NCBI GenBank assembly: GCA_965248695.1
Contig: CBDFKD010000002.1
Location: forward strand, 1,280,001 to 1,344,000
Length of the DNA stretch: 64,000 nucleotides
Direction: 5' to 3'
Source of the DNA: Acidobacteriota bacterium
Lineage (GTDB): Bacteria; Acidobacteriota; UBA890; WLXD01
The notes below the pieces were generated by a model. That model saw nothing but the letters and a program-made list of their open reading frames with translations, searched no databases and had not been told where the DNA came from. Made by a program: the position numbers and the translations under genes. Below, piece after piece: positions 47,400-56,645 of the stretch; the first letter of the stretch is position 1; every line of letters starts with the position of its first letter.

Positions 47400-48389
47400 G
47401 ATGGTCTCGTACGCCTGTTCGATGAGCTCGAGATCGCGCTGCGCAGCGTCGAGATCGAAAGCCGGTGGCTCGCCGGTGCGTATGGCGTTGAGGAAATCCT
47501 CGAACATGGCGCGGTAGCCGGAGATGTCGCGAATCCCCGGAAACAGAACTCGCCGACGTCGCCCCCGAACAACCACGAACAGCCCGTTGGACTCGAAGCT
47601 GATGCTGCCCTCACGGCCCCAGATGCGCGAGATGCGCAGGCCCTTGAACAGCGACGGGACCTCCCAGGAGTACAACAATGCGCCGGCCGGTCCGTCGTAA
47701 TCGAGCGTCAGCATTATGCTCCGTTCGAGGCCTACATGCTCGCCCGGACGGCTGCCACGCACGGCGCGCAGCGGCAGACCCAGATTGGCGGCGAAGTTGA
47801 CCCAGTGGATGCCGCCCTCGAACAGCGCTCCACCTCCGACCAGCGCCGGGTCGTTGCGCCAGCCATCGGTTTGCTGGGTCTTGAGGGCGTTGAGCAGCAC
47901 GAACAGCGGCTCGCCGATATCGCCTTCGGCGAGCACCTCTCGAAGGCACGCCAGCAACGGCTTGTAGAAGTAGTTCTCCGCCACGATTACCTGCCGATCG
48001 GCTAGCCGCGCCGCGTTGCGAACGGCGTAGAAATCGGTGCTGCGCAAGAACGGCGGCTTCTCGACGATGACGTGCTTGCCGGCCTCCAGCGCCGCCAGGG
48101 CGAGCTCGAGGTGAGAGCTGGGGGGCGTGGCCACCAGCACAACGTCGATCGCGTCGTCATCGAGTGCGGCCGCGTAGGTATCGTAGGCGCCTGAACCTCC
48201 CATCGCGCGGCATAACTCGGCACTGCGGCCGGCACTGCGGCTGGCGTAGAAGCACTCCACCCCACCGATGCTCTTGAACGTCGCGGCGTGTTTGCGCGCC
48301 ACGTCACCGGAGCCCAGAAAAGCCAGCTTCAGGGTGTTGGGAGCGGGCACTAGCAGGCCGTGGTGGAAAGTGGGGGCTACGACGAGCAT
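47391..48389 (-). CDS. Gfo/Idh/MocA oxidoreductase
   Basis: LAFLGSGDVA, VATPPSSH, GKHVIVEKP and GGGALFEGGIH. Confidence 0.92.
   Translation of the reverse strand: MLVVAPTFHHGLLVPAPNTLKLAFLGSGDVARKHAATFKSIGGVECFYASRSAGRSAELCRAMGGSGAYDTYAAALDDDAIDVVLVATPPSSHLELALAALEAGKHVIVEKPPFLRSTDFYAVRNAARLADRQVIVAENYFYKPLLACLREVLAEGDIGEPLFVLLNALKTQQTDGWRNDPALVGGGALFEGGIHWVNFAANLGLPLRAVRGSRPGEHVGLERSIMLTLDYDGPAGALLYSWEVPSLFKGLRISRIWGREGSISFESNGLFVVVRGRRRRVLFPGIRDISGYRAMFEDFLNAIRTGEPPAFDLDAAQRDLELIEQAYETIGR
48350..48375. mobile_element. Solo MITE end at the 5' end of the Gfo/Idh/MocA gene
   Basis: CTAGCAGGCCGTGGTGGAAAGTGGGG matches the TIR. Confidence 0.7.
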
Positions 48390-49984
48390 CAGAGGTCGCC
48401 GAGGAGATCCTCGCCTACTCTGAGTGCGTTAGCAGCGATGGTCAAGCTGGGATTGAGGCCGCCACCGGCGGGGATGACGCTGGCATCGACGACCCGCAGA
48501 TTGTCGACGCCGCGGAAGCGACAGTAGGCATCGAGCGCAGAGGTCGCCGGGTCGTTTCCCATGCGCACGGTACCGGCCGCATGGGAGAACGTATGGATGT
48601 AGTGCGAGTACGTCCACACGGCTCCCGCCTCGCGCAGAATGCGGCGCGACTGCCCCAGCAGCGCATCGCGCGCCGCCAGGTCGCGCTCGGTATACGCGTG
48701 TTTGATCACCGCTCTCGGCAGACCGAAGCGATCTTCGCGCGCCGAATCGATACGGACCCGGTTCTCGGCTCGCGGCTCGTCCTCGGCCATTACCAGCAGG
48801 CCGGTGGTGCGCGGAATCAACAGCGCACCGACCACCGCACCCACACCGGCAGGAAGGTGCGCCTTCACCAGGCCGACCGGCGGCGATTGCAACTGCTGGA
48901 TGCCACCGAGCTTGCCACGAGGTCCACCAGCAACCGGATGACCGAAGTAGAAGTCGTGGATGCCCAGCTGCTTATGGAACTGGTTTCTGGGATTCACGGG
49001 GCGGCGAAACAGACCGAACTCGATGGCATTGGAGTGTCGGGTCAGGAACCTGCCGATCACTCCCCTACCTGGGTTGACCGCCTCCAAACCGGAGGCAAGG
49101 AGCAGCAAAGGTGTCGCCAGCGCTCCCGCCGCGAGGACTATCTGTCGGCCGCTGAACTCGAGCGCCTCGCCGGTAGTCCGGTCAACGCACTGCACCCTGC
49201 CGATGCGCGCGCCGTCGCGCACCAGTCTTGTGACCACCACGCCTGGGCGCAGTTCCATTCCGGCATCGAGTAGCGGCGGAAGAACGCGTGTCGCGACGTC
49301 GTTCTTGGCCCCAATGGCACAGGCGAAGGAGTCGCAGGTGGTACAGGCGACACAGGCAGCGCGCTCGTCGGTGGCCGAGTAGTTGATCGCCAGCGGCAGT
49401 CGGAAGGGATGCATGCCGAGACGCTCGGCGGCGGCGCCGATCATCCGTGATGTGTCTGAGAGAGGGCCGAGGGCGGCCGGATAGCCACTCGAGCGCGGCG
49501 GGTCGGTCGGATCCTGGCCGGCGACACCGGCAACACCGAGGAGTCGCTCGGCGGCGGAGTAATACGGCTCGATCTCGTCGTAGCGATACGGCCACTCGGC
49601 GTCCGAGTCGCCGCGGATCTCCGGCGCCGGTACGAAGTCCTCGGCCCGCAACCGCATCGAGACCGCCCCGTAGAACACCGACGGACCACCGACGCAATAG
49701 TAGCCACCGATCTCGGCGGCCTTGGTGCGTCCGGTCACCAGCCGGTCGAGCAATGACGCCGTGGTGTCACTTCCCGGTGCCACCTCGTACGGCGTTTCCT
49801 TCGAGTAGTACGGCGTCAGATCGAGCGACCCGTCCGGCTCCCAGTTGTGCGGGCCGCGAGCTACCCAGTCGCCGCGCTCGAGCATCAGCACGCGTTTGCC
49901 AGCCCGCACCAGCGGGTCAGCGGTGCAGGCGCCGCCAAAGCCGCTGCCGATGATGATGACGTCGTACTCAGGGCGTCCGTTCAT
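48389..49984 (-). CDS. GMC-family FAD oxidoreductase with Cys cluster
   Basis: IIGSGFGG, VGGPSVFYG, CVACTTCDSFAC, HAAGTVRMG and NPSLTIAANALR. Confidence 0.92.
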   Translation of the reverse strand: MNGRPEYDVIIIGSGFGGACTADPLVRAGKRVLMLERGDWVARGPHNWEPDGSLDLTPYYSKETPYEVAPGSDTTASLLDRLVTGRTKAAEIGGYYCVGGPSVFYGAVSMRLRAEDFVPAPEIRGDSDAEWPYRYDEIEPYYSAAERLLGVAGVAGQDPTDPPRSSGYPAALGPLSDTSRMIGAAAERLGMHPFRLPLAINYSATDERAACVACTTCDSFACAIGAKNDVATRVLPPLLDAGMELRPGVVVTRLVRDGARIGRVQCVDRTTGEALEFSGRQIVLAAGALATPLLLLASGLEAVNPGRGVIGRFLTRHSNAIEFGLFRRPVNPRNQFHKQLGIHDFYFGHPVAGGPRGKLGGIQQLQSPPVGLVKAHLPAGVGAVVGALLIPRTTGLLVMAEDEPRAENRVRIDSAREDRFGLPRAVIKHAYTERDLAARDALLGQSRRILREAGAVWTYSHYIHTFSHAAGTVRMGNDPATSALDAYCRFRGVDNLRVVDASVIPAGGGLNPSLTIAANALRVGEDLLGDL

Positions 49985-50055
49985 TAGCTTCGGTGCCGTG
50001 CCCCGGAGATGAGAGGGAGTCAGCAGGGTGCCACGACTTGCGCTGCGTCGTGAAA

Positions 50056-50075
50056 ATGAGACATAGTTGTCTCAT
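50056..50075. promoter_or_regulatory. TetR operator palindrome
   Basis: ATGAGACA-TAGT-TGTCTCAT, overlapping the tetR start in a divergent region. Confidence 0.7.
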
Positions 50076-50640
50076 GCGAGACAAAGAACGTCGGACACGA
50101 TCGCAGCTACTCGACGCTGCCGCCGCCGTGCTGGCGGCGCGCCCCGGGGCATCGATGGCGGAGATCGCCGAACAGGCGCGCGTCGGCCGCGCCACGCTAT
50201 ACCGCTACTTCGCTTCCCGCGATGCGCTCATACGTGCTTTGGCGCTGGAGTCGATGGCCGAGATCGATCGTGTAACCGCTCCAATCGGCGAGCAGTCCAC
50301 CAGCGCACGGCACGCGTTGCAGCTGATATTCGACGCGATCGTACCCATAGGCGAGCGCTACCACTTCCTGATGAGCCAGCCCTACGACGAGGCATCCGAG
50401 GTCGAGCGCGAATACGACCGCCAAGCGGCAGAGCTCGGCGAGCTCATCGAGATGGCCAAGGACGAGGGATCCATCGCGCGAGAGGTGCCCACCGCCTGGG
50501 TCGCGGCCCTGTTCGATGCGCTCATCTATACCGCCTGGTTCACCGTTCACGAGGGCAGCATCGCGTCACGCGACGCTGCTGCCCTTGCCTTCCGAAGCCT
50601 CTTGGATGGTCTGTCCCCCGACAAAGGAACGTCGTCATGA
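50074..50640 (+). CDS. TetR/AcrR regulator
   Basis: ASMAEIAEQARVGRATLYRYFASRDAL. Confidence 0.92.
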   Translation: MRDKERRTRSQLLDAAAAVLAARPGASMAEIAEQARVGRATLYRYFASRDALIRALALESMAEIDRVTAPIGEQSTSARHALQLIFDAIVPIGERYHFLMSQPYDEASEVEREYDRQAAELGELIEMAKDEGSIAREVPTAWVAALFDALIYTAWFTVHEGSIASRDAAALAFRSLLDGLSPDKGTSS

Positions 50641-52856
50641 AGCGCGTTGCCTCGCTCGCTCTACTGCTCCTCGCCATCGGCTCGGCGTGGATGAACCCCG
50701 AGACGGACGGTGTCACTCCGGCCGAGCCCGACGAAACCGCGATCGCCGGCGTCGTCGACGTGCGCGTGCCGGACATCGACGGCAACGTCCATCGTCCCGG
50801 CGGCGATTCCGGCTACCGTCCGTTCGCCCTCGTGTTTCTGGAGACGGGCTGCCCAATCTCGCGTCGCTACCTCCCGGACCTCAACGACATTGCGGCACGC
50901 GCCGTAGAGCGTGGAGTGGAGCTCTACGGTGTGCTGTCGGATCCGTCGACCACCCCGTCTGAGGCGCGAACATTCCGCGACGATCACGGGCTGCAGTTCC
51001 CGGTACTCTGGGACGCAACAGGCGACCTCGCCGATCGTCTCGGTCCCGAGATCGTGCCGGAGGTGTTCGTTATCGACGGTGCCGATCGGATCGTGTATCG
51101 CGGACGTATCGACGATCGCTTTGTGTCCCCTGGCAAGCTGCGCCGCACGGTCACCTCCCATGATCTGCTCGAGGCCATCAACGTGGTGGCTGCTGGTGGC
51201 CGTCCAGAGACCCAGCGAGCGCAGCCGATCGGTTGCTATTTCGAAGCCTGGGCCGACGCGGACACCCAGAACCCGACCTACCATCGCAACGTCGCACCGG
51301 TGCTCGAGGCCAACTGCGCCGAATGCCACACGGCGGGCGGCATCGGGCCATTCGAGCTGCGCACCTACGAGCAGGCACGACGACGACGCGGCATGATCGC
51401 CTACACCGTCGCCGAGCGCATCATGCCGCCGTGGCCAGCGGAGGTCGGGTATGGGCATTTTCGCGATCAGCGCACGCTGAGCGACGGACAAATCCAGATG
51501 CTACAAACCTGGGCCGACAACGGCGCACCGGAGGGCGACGCGGCGCATGCGCTTCCGACTCGCGCATCAGCCGACGCTTCGTGGCGTCTGGGCGATCCCC
51601 ACCAGCTGGTGGAGATGCCGATGCCATTCGACATCCCGGCGCAGGGCGAGGACATCTACCAATACTTCGTCGTTCGCGACGCCCTCGACCAGGACCGCAT
51701 GATCACCGGCATCGACTTTCGGCCCGGTGACCCCAGCGTCGTGCACCACGGGATCTTCTACGTCGACTACAGCGGTGAGGCGCGGGCACTCGACGAATCT
51801 ACCCCCGGTGTTGGCTTCTCGGTGTTCGAGGGGGGTGGGTTCATGCAGAGTGAGAACGCCATGGCCATTGGCGGCTGGGCGCCGGGATCCGATCCCTACT
51901 CGTTGCCTGACGGGCTCGCGATGAGCCTCCGCGGTGGTGCCGATATCGTGCTGGAGATTCACTACCACCTCACCGGCAAGGCCAGCCGCGACCAAAGCAC
52001 TATGGCCCTCTATTTCGCTGATGGCGAGGTGGAGCGCACCGTCGATGCACTCTGGATGTCGGAAATGAACCTCGACATCGAGCCCGGCGACGCGCGCTAC
52101 GAGCGCCACCTGAGCCTCGAGCTGCCGGTGGATGTGCAGCTGATCGACGTGTCGCCGCACATGCACTACATCGGTAAGAGCGCCAAGGTAGTCGCCACAC
52201 TGCCCGACGGCACCGAACGTCCGCTGATTCACATCCCGGCGTGGGATTTCCGTTGGCAAAACGTCTACACGTTTCGACAGGCCGTCGAGTTGCCGGCAGG
52301 CTCGCGCATTGACGCCTGGTATCAGTGGGACAACTCGGCCGACAATCCGGCCAACCCCAGCAATCCGCCGGTGCCGGTTGAATGGGGTCTGCAGTCCACC
52401 GACGAGATGGGTGAGCTGTACATGACATACGTGGCAGACAGCGCCGACGATGAAGCGAAAATGCAAGCCGCGATGCTAGCGGCGGCGGCCCAAATGATGG
52501 CCGGCGACCAGGTTCCAGCCGCAGCGCTCGAGAGCCCCGAAGCGGCGCTCGAGGCACTCACGACTATGAGCCTGTGGGAGCCGGCAGCGGAAGCGATCCT
52601 GATCGGATTGAGCGACAGCGAGTACGAGGAGCTCGTCGGTCTGGCCTACACCGCGGCGAGCGCTTGGGACGATGCCGACGCGATCGCGCTATACGGCGGG
52701 CTATTGGCGATCGCCGCGATCTACTCCGGAGGCAGCGAGCAAGAGGCGCTGGCGACGGAGTCGGAGCGGGCGCTCGATCGTGCGTTAGAGCTCGATCCGG
52801 ACAACACCGAGGCCCGACGCGCCAAGGACGCAATGCAAAGTTGGAGCGCCGGGTAG
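50637..52856 (+). CDS. Exported redoxin + c-type heme + copper type II monooxygenase-like fusion with TPR-like tail
   Basis: GCPIS redoxin with YRGRIDD; CAECH; Cu-ligand-like VVHH, EIHYH, PHMH and DEM; ALDRALELDPDN. Confidence 0.82.
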   Translation: MKRVASLALLLLAIGSAWMNPETDGVTPAEPDETAIAGVVDVRVPDIDGNVHRPGGDSGYRPFALVFLETGCPISRRYLPDLNDIAARAVERGVELYGVLSDPSTTPSEARTFRDDHGLQFPVLWDATGDLADRLGPEIVPEVFVIDGADRIVYRGRIDDRFVSPGKLRRTVTSHDLLEAINVVAAGGRPETQRAQPIGCYFEAWADADTQNPTYHRNVAPVLEANCAECHTAGGIGPFELRTYEQARRRRGMIAYTVAERIMPPWPAEVGYGHFRDQRTLSDGQIQMLQTWADNGAPEGDAAHALPTRASADASWRLGDPHQLVEMPMPFDIPAQGEDIYQYFVVRDALDQDRMITGIDFRPGDPSVVHHGIFYVDYSGEARALDESTPGVGFSVFEGGGFMQSENAMAIGGWAPGSDPYSLPDGLAMSLRGGADIVLEIHYHLTGKASRDQSTMALYFADGEVERTVDALWMSEMNLDIEPGDARYERHLSLELPVDVQLIDVSPHMHYIGKSAKVVATLPDGTERPLIHIPAWDFRWQNVYTFRQAVELPAGSRIDAWYQWDNSADNPANPSNPPVPVEWGLQSTDEMGELYMTYVADSADDEAKMQAAMLAAAAQMMAGDQVPAAALESPEAALEALTTMSLWEPAAEAILIGLSDSEYEELVGLAYTAASAWDDADAIALYGGLLAIAAIYSGGSEQEALATESERALDRALELDPDNTEARRAKDAMQSWSAG

Positions 52857-52895
52857 GTAGCTTGGCGCGGCGGTTTCGCTAGAATCCGATCCGTC

Positions 52896-53876
52896 ATGGG
52901 TATCTATCTGGCTGCCGACATCGGCGGAACCAAGAGCCTGCTGGGGTTGTTCACCGTCGACGGTGGGCCCCGGGCCCCTGTGCGAATCGCGAGCGTGGCG
53001 ACGTCGAGCTACACCAGCGCCGAAGCACTGGTGAGTGAGTTTCTCGACGGGCAGCGCATCGACGGCGGCATGCTGGCGATCGCCGGACCTGTGGTCGATG
53101 ATCGCATCCCGGGCTCGACCCTGCCGTGGGACATCGAGCGTCAGCCGCTCGCCGCCGCCGTCGACGGGCCACTGGAGCTGATGAATGATCTCGAAGCCAC
53201 CGCCACCTTCGTCCCTCACCTGCAGGAAGGTGAGATCGAGCTGCTGCACGACGTGCCGTGTTCCGCCGACGGTGTGATCGGCGTCATCGCCCCGGGCACC
53301 GGAATCGGTGAAGCAATCCTGGTACGCACCGGCGCCGGAGCCATCGCTCTGGCCTCGGAGGCCGGCCACATCGATTTCGCCCCCAACGGCGAGCTGCAAA
53401 CCGAGTACCTGGTGTTTCTGCGCCAGCGGTTCGGACACGTGAGCCTGGAGCGCGCCTGTTCGGGCAGCAGCATGCCATTGCTGTACGAGTTTCTATCGGC
53501 GACGGGGCGAGCCTCGGCGGACCCGGAGGTGGCGGCGAAGATGGCATCCGACGACGATGCGACACCGGTGGTCCTGCAATCCGGCCTGTCGGGAGCCTGC
53601 GAGGCATGCGCCCTGGCGCTGGACACCTTCGTGGCGATGCTGGGAGCGGCGGCCGGCAATCTGGCGTTGCAGGTCGTGGCCACCGGTGGAATTTACCTGG
53701 GCGGAGGTATCCCGCCGCGCATCCTGCCGGCGTTGCGTCGGCCGGAGTTTCTCGATGCCTTCCACAACAAGGGTCGGTTCGAGTCTCTGGTGCGCAAGGT
53801 ACCCGTCGGCGTCATCCTGGAGCCACGCGCCGCGCTCCTGGGAGCGGCCTGCAGAGCGTTGTCTATCGCCGGCTAG
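52896..53876 (+). CDS. glk: Glucokinase
   Basis: DIGGTK, NDLEA, PGTGIGEA, SEAGH and GGIYLGGGIPPRI. Confidence 0.94.
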   Translation: MGIYLAADIGGTKSLLGLFTVDGGPRAPVRIASVATSSYTSAEALVSEFLDGQRIDGGMLAIAGPVVDDRIPGSTLPWDIERQPLAAAVDGPLELMNDLEATATFVPHLQEGEIELLHDVPCSADGVIGVIAPGTGIGEAILVRTGAGAIALASEAGHIDFAPNGELQTEYLVFLRQRFGHVSLERACSGSSMPLLYEFLSATGRASADPEVAAKMASDDDATPVVLQSGLSGACEACALALDTFVAMLGAAAGNLALQVVATGGIYLGGGIPPRILPALRRPEFLDAFHNKGRFESLVRKVPVGVILEPRAALLGAACRALSIAG

Positions 53877-53917
53877 CAGGACCGCCAGACCCGCCAGATG
53901 TCTCGGCGGTCTGCTAG
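53873..53917. repeat. 45-bp palindromic element sharing the MITE termini
   Basis: CTAGCAG-G-ACCGCC...GGCGGT-CTGCTAG; shares its CTAG with the adjacent MITE. Confidence 0.6.
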
Positions 53918-54192
53918 CAGGCCGTGGTGAGAGTGCGGTGGGTCTGGCGACAGGGTCTTGCGAGGCGCAGGCCAGCAGAGAGGAGGAGGCGATGGTTAGC
54001 CCATCGTTGACGACGAACGACGCAGCATACGCGCGCAACCCCCAGTCGCCCGAAGGGTTACGGCGATTTGGGGCCATCTGCGGCGTTGGCCTTCCTCGAC
54101 GATGGCTAGGGCATCGTGTGCGTCACGCCGCCTTGCATCTGGCCCCAACTCGCCGTAACCAGACCCACCACACTTTCACCACGGCCTGCTAG
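53914..54192. mobile_element. Full-length non-autonomous element (MITE), 279 bp
   Basis: 34-bp terminal inverted repeats including CTAG (2 mismatches), internal hairpins, no transposase; lies between convergent genes. Confidence 0.85.
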
Positions 54193-56645
54193 GCCTTCCC
54201 TGGAAGGAATCCGATCTTCTGAGTGCTCGCCCAGGCGCGCTCGGGGAACAGCTCCTCCAGCGCGCCGGAGAAATCAGCGGCGGTGACCGCCGGGTCGGCG
54301 CTCTCGGAGTCGAGCTCTCGCAGCACAGCGTTGCGCCCAGCGGCGGTGCACAGCCCCCGCAGATCGGCGCCGCTGGCGCCTTGGGCAGCGATCGCGATGC
54401 TGGCCAGATCCACCTGTTCACCGAGCTTCATGCGCCGCGTGAACAGGCCGAGCAATGCCAGCCGTCCCTCGATGTCGGGGAGACCGATCTCGATCGCTTC
54501 GCTGAGGCGCCCCGGACGCAGCGCCGCATCATCGACCAGCTCCGGGCGATTGGTGGCCCCGACGACGAAGATCCGTCGGGTCGCGGCGATGCCGTCCATC
54601 TCGGCCAGGAAAGTGTTCACCACGGCGTTGGCGGCTCGGGTGCCACCGGAACCACCCTCGGCGCGCGAGCCGAGGACGGAGTCGATCTCGTCGATGAAGA
54701 TGATCGCCGGTACGTTGTCGCGCGCCTGCTCGAAGATCTCGCGCACCCGCTGCTCAGACTGACCGAACCACTTCGAGAACACGTCGGCGGCGTTGACGGC
54801 GAAAAAGGAAGCGTCGGTTTGCGACGCCAGCACCCGCGCGATGGTCGTCTTGCCGGTGCCCGGCGGCCCGTGCAGCAGCCAGCCGGTGGGCGGGTCGACC
54901 CCGAGCTCGCGCACCAACTGAGGATTCTCGATGAAGCGCTCCACGAACTGCAGCTTGCGCATCGCTTCGGTCGGCAGGATGAGGTCGTTCCACTCCAGGC
55001 GGGGACCGTCGTAGCGGCGCTCGGCGATGCGCTCCTGCAGCGCCGCCTCCAGGTGATCGGGCGAGATGGGCGCGTGCGTCTCCATCGCCGCCATGGCGGC
55101 ACCGTCGACCACACTGCGTACCTGTGCTGCCGAGAAGCCCTCCATGGCGTGTGCCATGGCGGTGGCGTCGACGTTGTCGTCGTGCGGCCGGTCGCGCAGC
55201 AGCACATGCAGGATCTCGCGGCGGGCATCGAAATCGGGCCGGTAGATCTTCACCTTGTAGTCGAAGCGACCCTCGCGGATGGCCGCCGGATCGATCTCCT
55301 TGAGCCGGTTCGTTGCCGCCATGATGACCACGCCAGCCACATCGCGCGTCGCATCGATCTGCTGCAGCAGGGTGTTGACCATTTGCTGCTCGTGGTTGCT
55401 CCCCTGATCGTCACGGCGCCCGGCGATCGAGTCGAACTCGTCGAAGAACAGCAGACACGGTGTGTTGTCGCGTGCCTCGGCAAACACCTTCTCGATGGCC
55501 TCGGGCGCGCCGCCGACGTACTTGGTGACCATGCTGCCCAGGCTGACGCGCAAGAACTTCAGCCCGAACTCACCGGCGATGGCCTCGGCGAAGAACGTCT
55601 TGCCGCACCCCGGCGGACCGTAGAGCAGGATGCCGTTGCGTCCGATGCCGTAGCGCTGCGCCTCGTCGCGGCGCTGGTGCACGACCGCAATGATGCGCCG
55701 CACCTGGTCCTTGAGCGCGTTCATGCCGCCGACCTTCGAGAAATCGACCGTGGCCGGGGATTCGGCCGGCGGCGACCCGAACCGGGGCGCTGGCGGACGG
55801 TCAGACTGCGGGGCTGACTGTGCCAGCTCATCGCGCAGGGCCTTGTAGGGCCGTCGCGGCGACAGCTGGATGGCGCGCCCGACGGCGGTCAGCGCCTCGC
55901 CGAAGCGCCCCAGCGCCTGCAAGTAGGTGCTCAGATTGAACCAGTAGACACCGTCGCCGCCACTGCCGACAGTACGCGGGTCGAGCTCGGTGGCGCGCGT
56001 AGCCACCGTGACAGCACCGGCAGCATCGTCGAGACCATCGTGGAGGATCACCCCGAGACGGTTGTTGTATACGGCGTTTTCCGGCTCGCGGGCGAGCGCC
56101 TCCTCGATCGCAGCGCGCGCCTCCGGCCAGCGCTCCTGGCGCACAAGGACACTGCTGCGGGCATAGGGCACACGACCCGGCCGCATCGGATCCGCCGGCT
56201 CGCCAGCGGCACCGCCCTCGAGCTTCCAGGCGGCGTCAAAGTGTTTCAGAGCGTCCTCGTGACGCTGCAGCCGCAGGCACACGTCGCCGAGCAGCAGGCA
56301 GATGCGGGGATCTGCGGGAGCCTGTTCGGCAGCCTCGAGAGCGACAGCGAGAGCTCGATCGGGATCTTGCGAGAGGTAGCAGCGCGCCAGGTACTCGCCA
56401 ACGGCCGCCGGACGATCAGCGATCGGCGGTTGCGCAGCATCGGCCGCCTGTTCGAGATGCTTGCGCGCCTCCCCGATATTGCCCATGTGGTACTGCGCCG
56501 CTCCGAGCCAGAAGCGGGCCTGGTCGTTATCCGGTTGACGCAGGACAGCCTGCGAGAAGTGCTTGCGCGCGGTGCGAAAGTCACGTTGATCGAAGGCCGC
56601 GATCCCTTCCGCGAGGCTGCCCTCGACGAACGGGTCGGGCTTCAC
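54189..56645 (-). CDS. TPR-repeat + tandem AAA+ (CDC48/VAT-like) ATPase
   Basis: N-terminal TPRs; D1 GPPGCGKT/LLFFDE/ATNR..IDPAAIREGRFD; D2 GPPGTGKT/IIFIDE/ATNRPELVDDAALRPGRL. Confidence 0.92.
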   Translation of the reverse strand: MKPDPFVEGSLAEGIAAFDQRDFRTARKHFSQAVLRQPDNDQARFWLGAAQYHMGNIGEARKHLEQAADAAQPPIADRPAAVGEYLARCYLSQDPDRALAVALEAAEQAPADPRICLLLGDVCLRLQRHEDALKHFDAAWKLEGGAAGEPADPMRPGRVPYARSSVLVRQERWPEARAAIEEALAREPENAVYNNRLGVILHDGLDDAAGAVTVATRATELDPRTVGSGGDGVYWFNLSTYLQALGRFGEALTAVGRAIQLSPRRPYKALRDELAQSAPQSDRPPAPRFGSPPAESPATVDFSKVGGMNALKDQVRRIIAVVHQRRDEAQRYGIGRNGILLYGPPGCGKTFFAEAIAGEFGLKFLRVSLGSMVTKYVGGAPEAIEKVFAEARDNTPCLLFFDEFDSIAGRRDDQGSNHEQQMVNTLLQQIDATRDVAGVVIMAATNRLKEIDPAAIREGRFDYKVKIYRPDFDARREILHVLLRDRPHDDNVDATAMAHAMEGFSAAQVRSVVDGAAMAAMETHAPISPDHLEAALQERIAERRYDGPRLEWNDLILPTEAMRKLQFVERFIENPQLVRELGVDPPTGWLLHGPPGTGKTTIARVLASQTDASFFAVNAADVFSKWFGQSEQRVREIFEQARDNVPAIIFIDEIDSVLGSRAEGGSGGTRAANAVVNTFLAEMDGIAATRRIFVVGATNRPELVDDAALRPGRLSEAIEIGLPDIEGRLALLGLFTRRMKLGEQVDLASIAIAAQGASGADLRGLCTAAGRNAVLRELDSESADPAVTAADFSGALEELFPERAWASTQKIGFLPGKA

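Noticed and set aside
50067-50636. N-terminal 190-aa extension of the monooxygenase ORF
   Set aside because: It overlaps tetR in another frame; ATG 50637 gives a signal peptide and an ATGA coupling.
17737-54192. CRISPR interpretation of the CTAGCAGGCCGTGGTG repeats
   Set aside because: Copies are dispersed and inverted rather than regularly spaced, and there are no cas genes.
6963-54192. Many genes ending in CTAG taken as proof of past MITE visits
   Set aside because: A C before a TAG stop is expected with high GC3; it cannot be judged without statistics.
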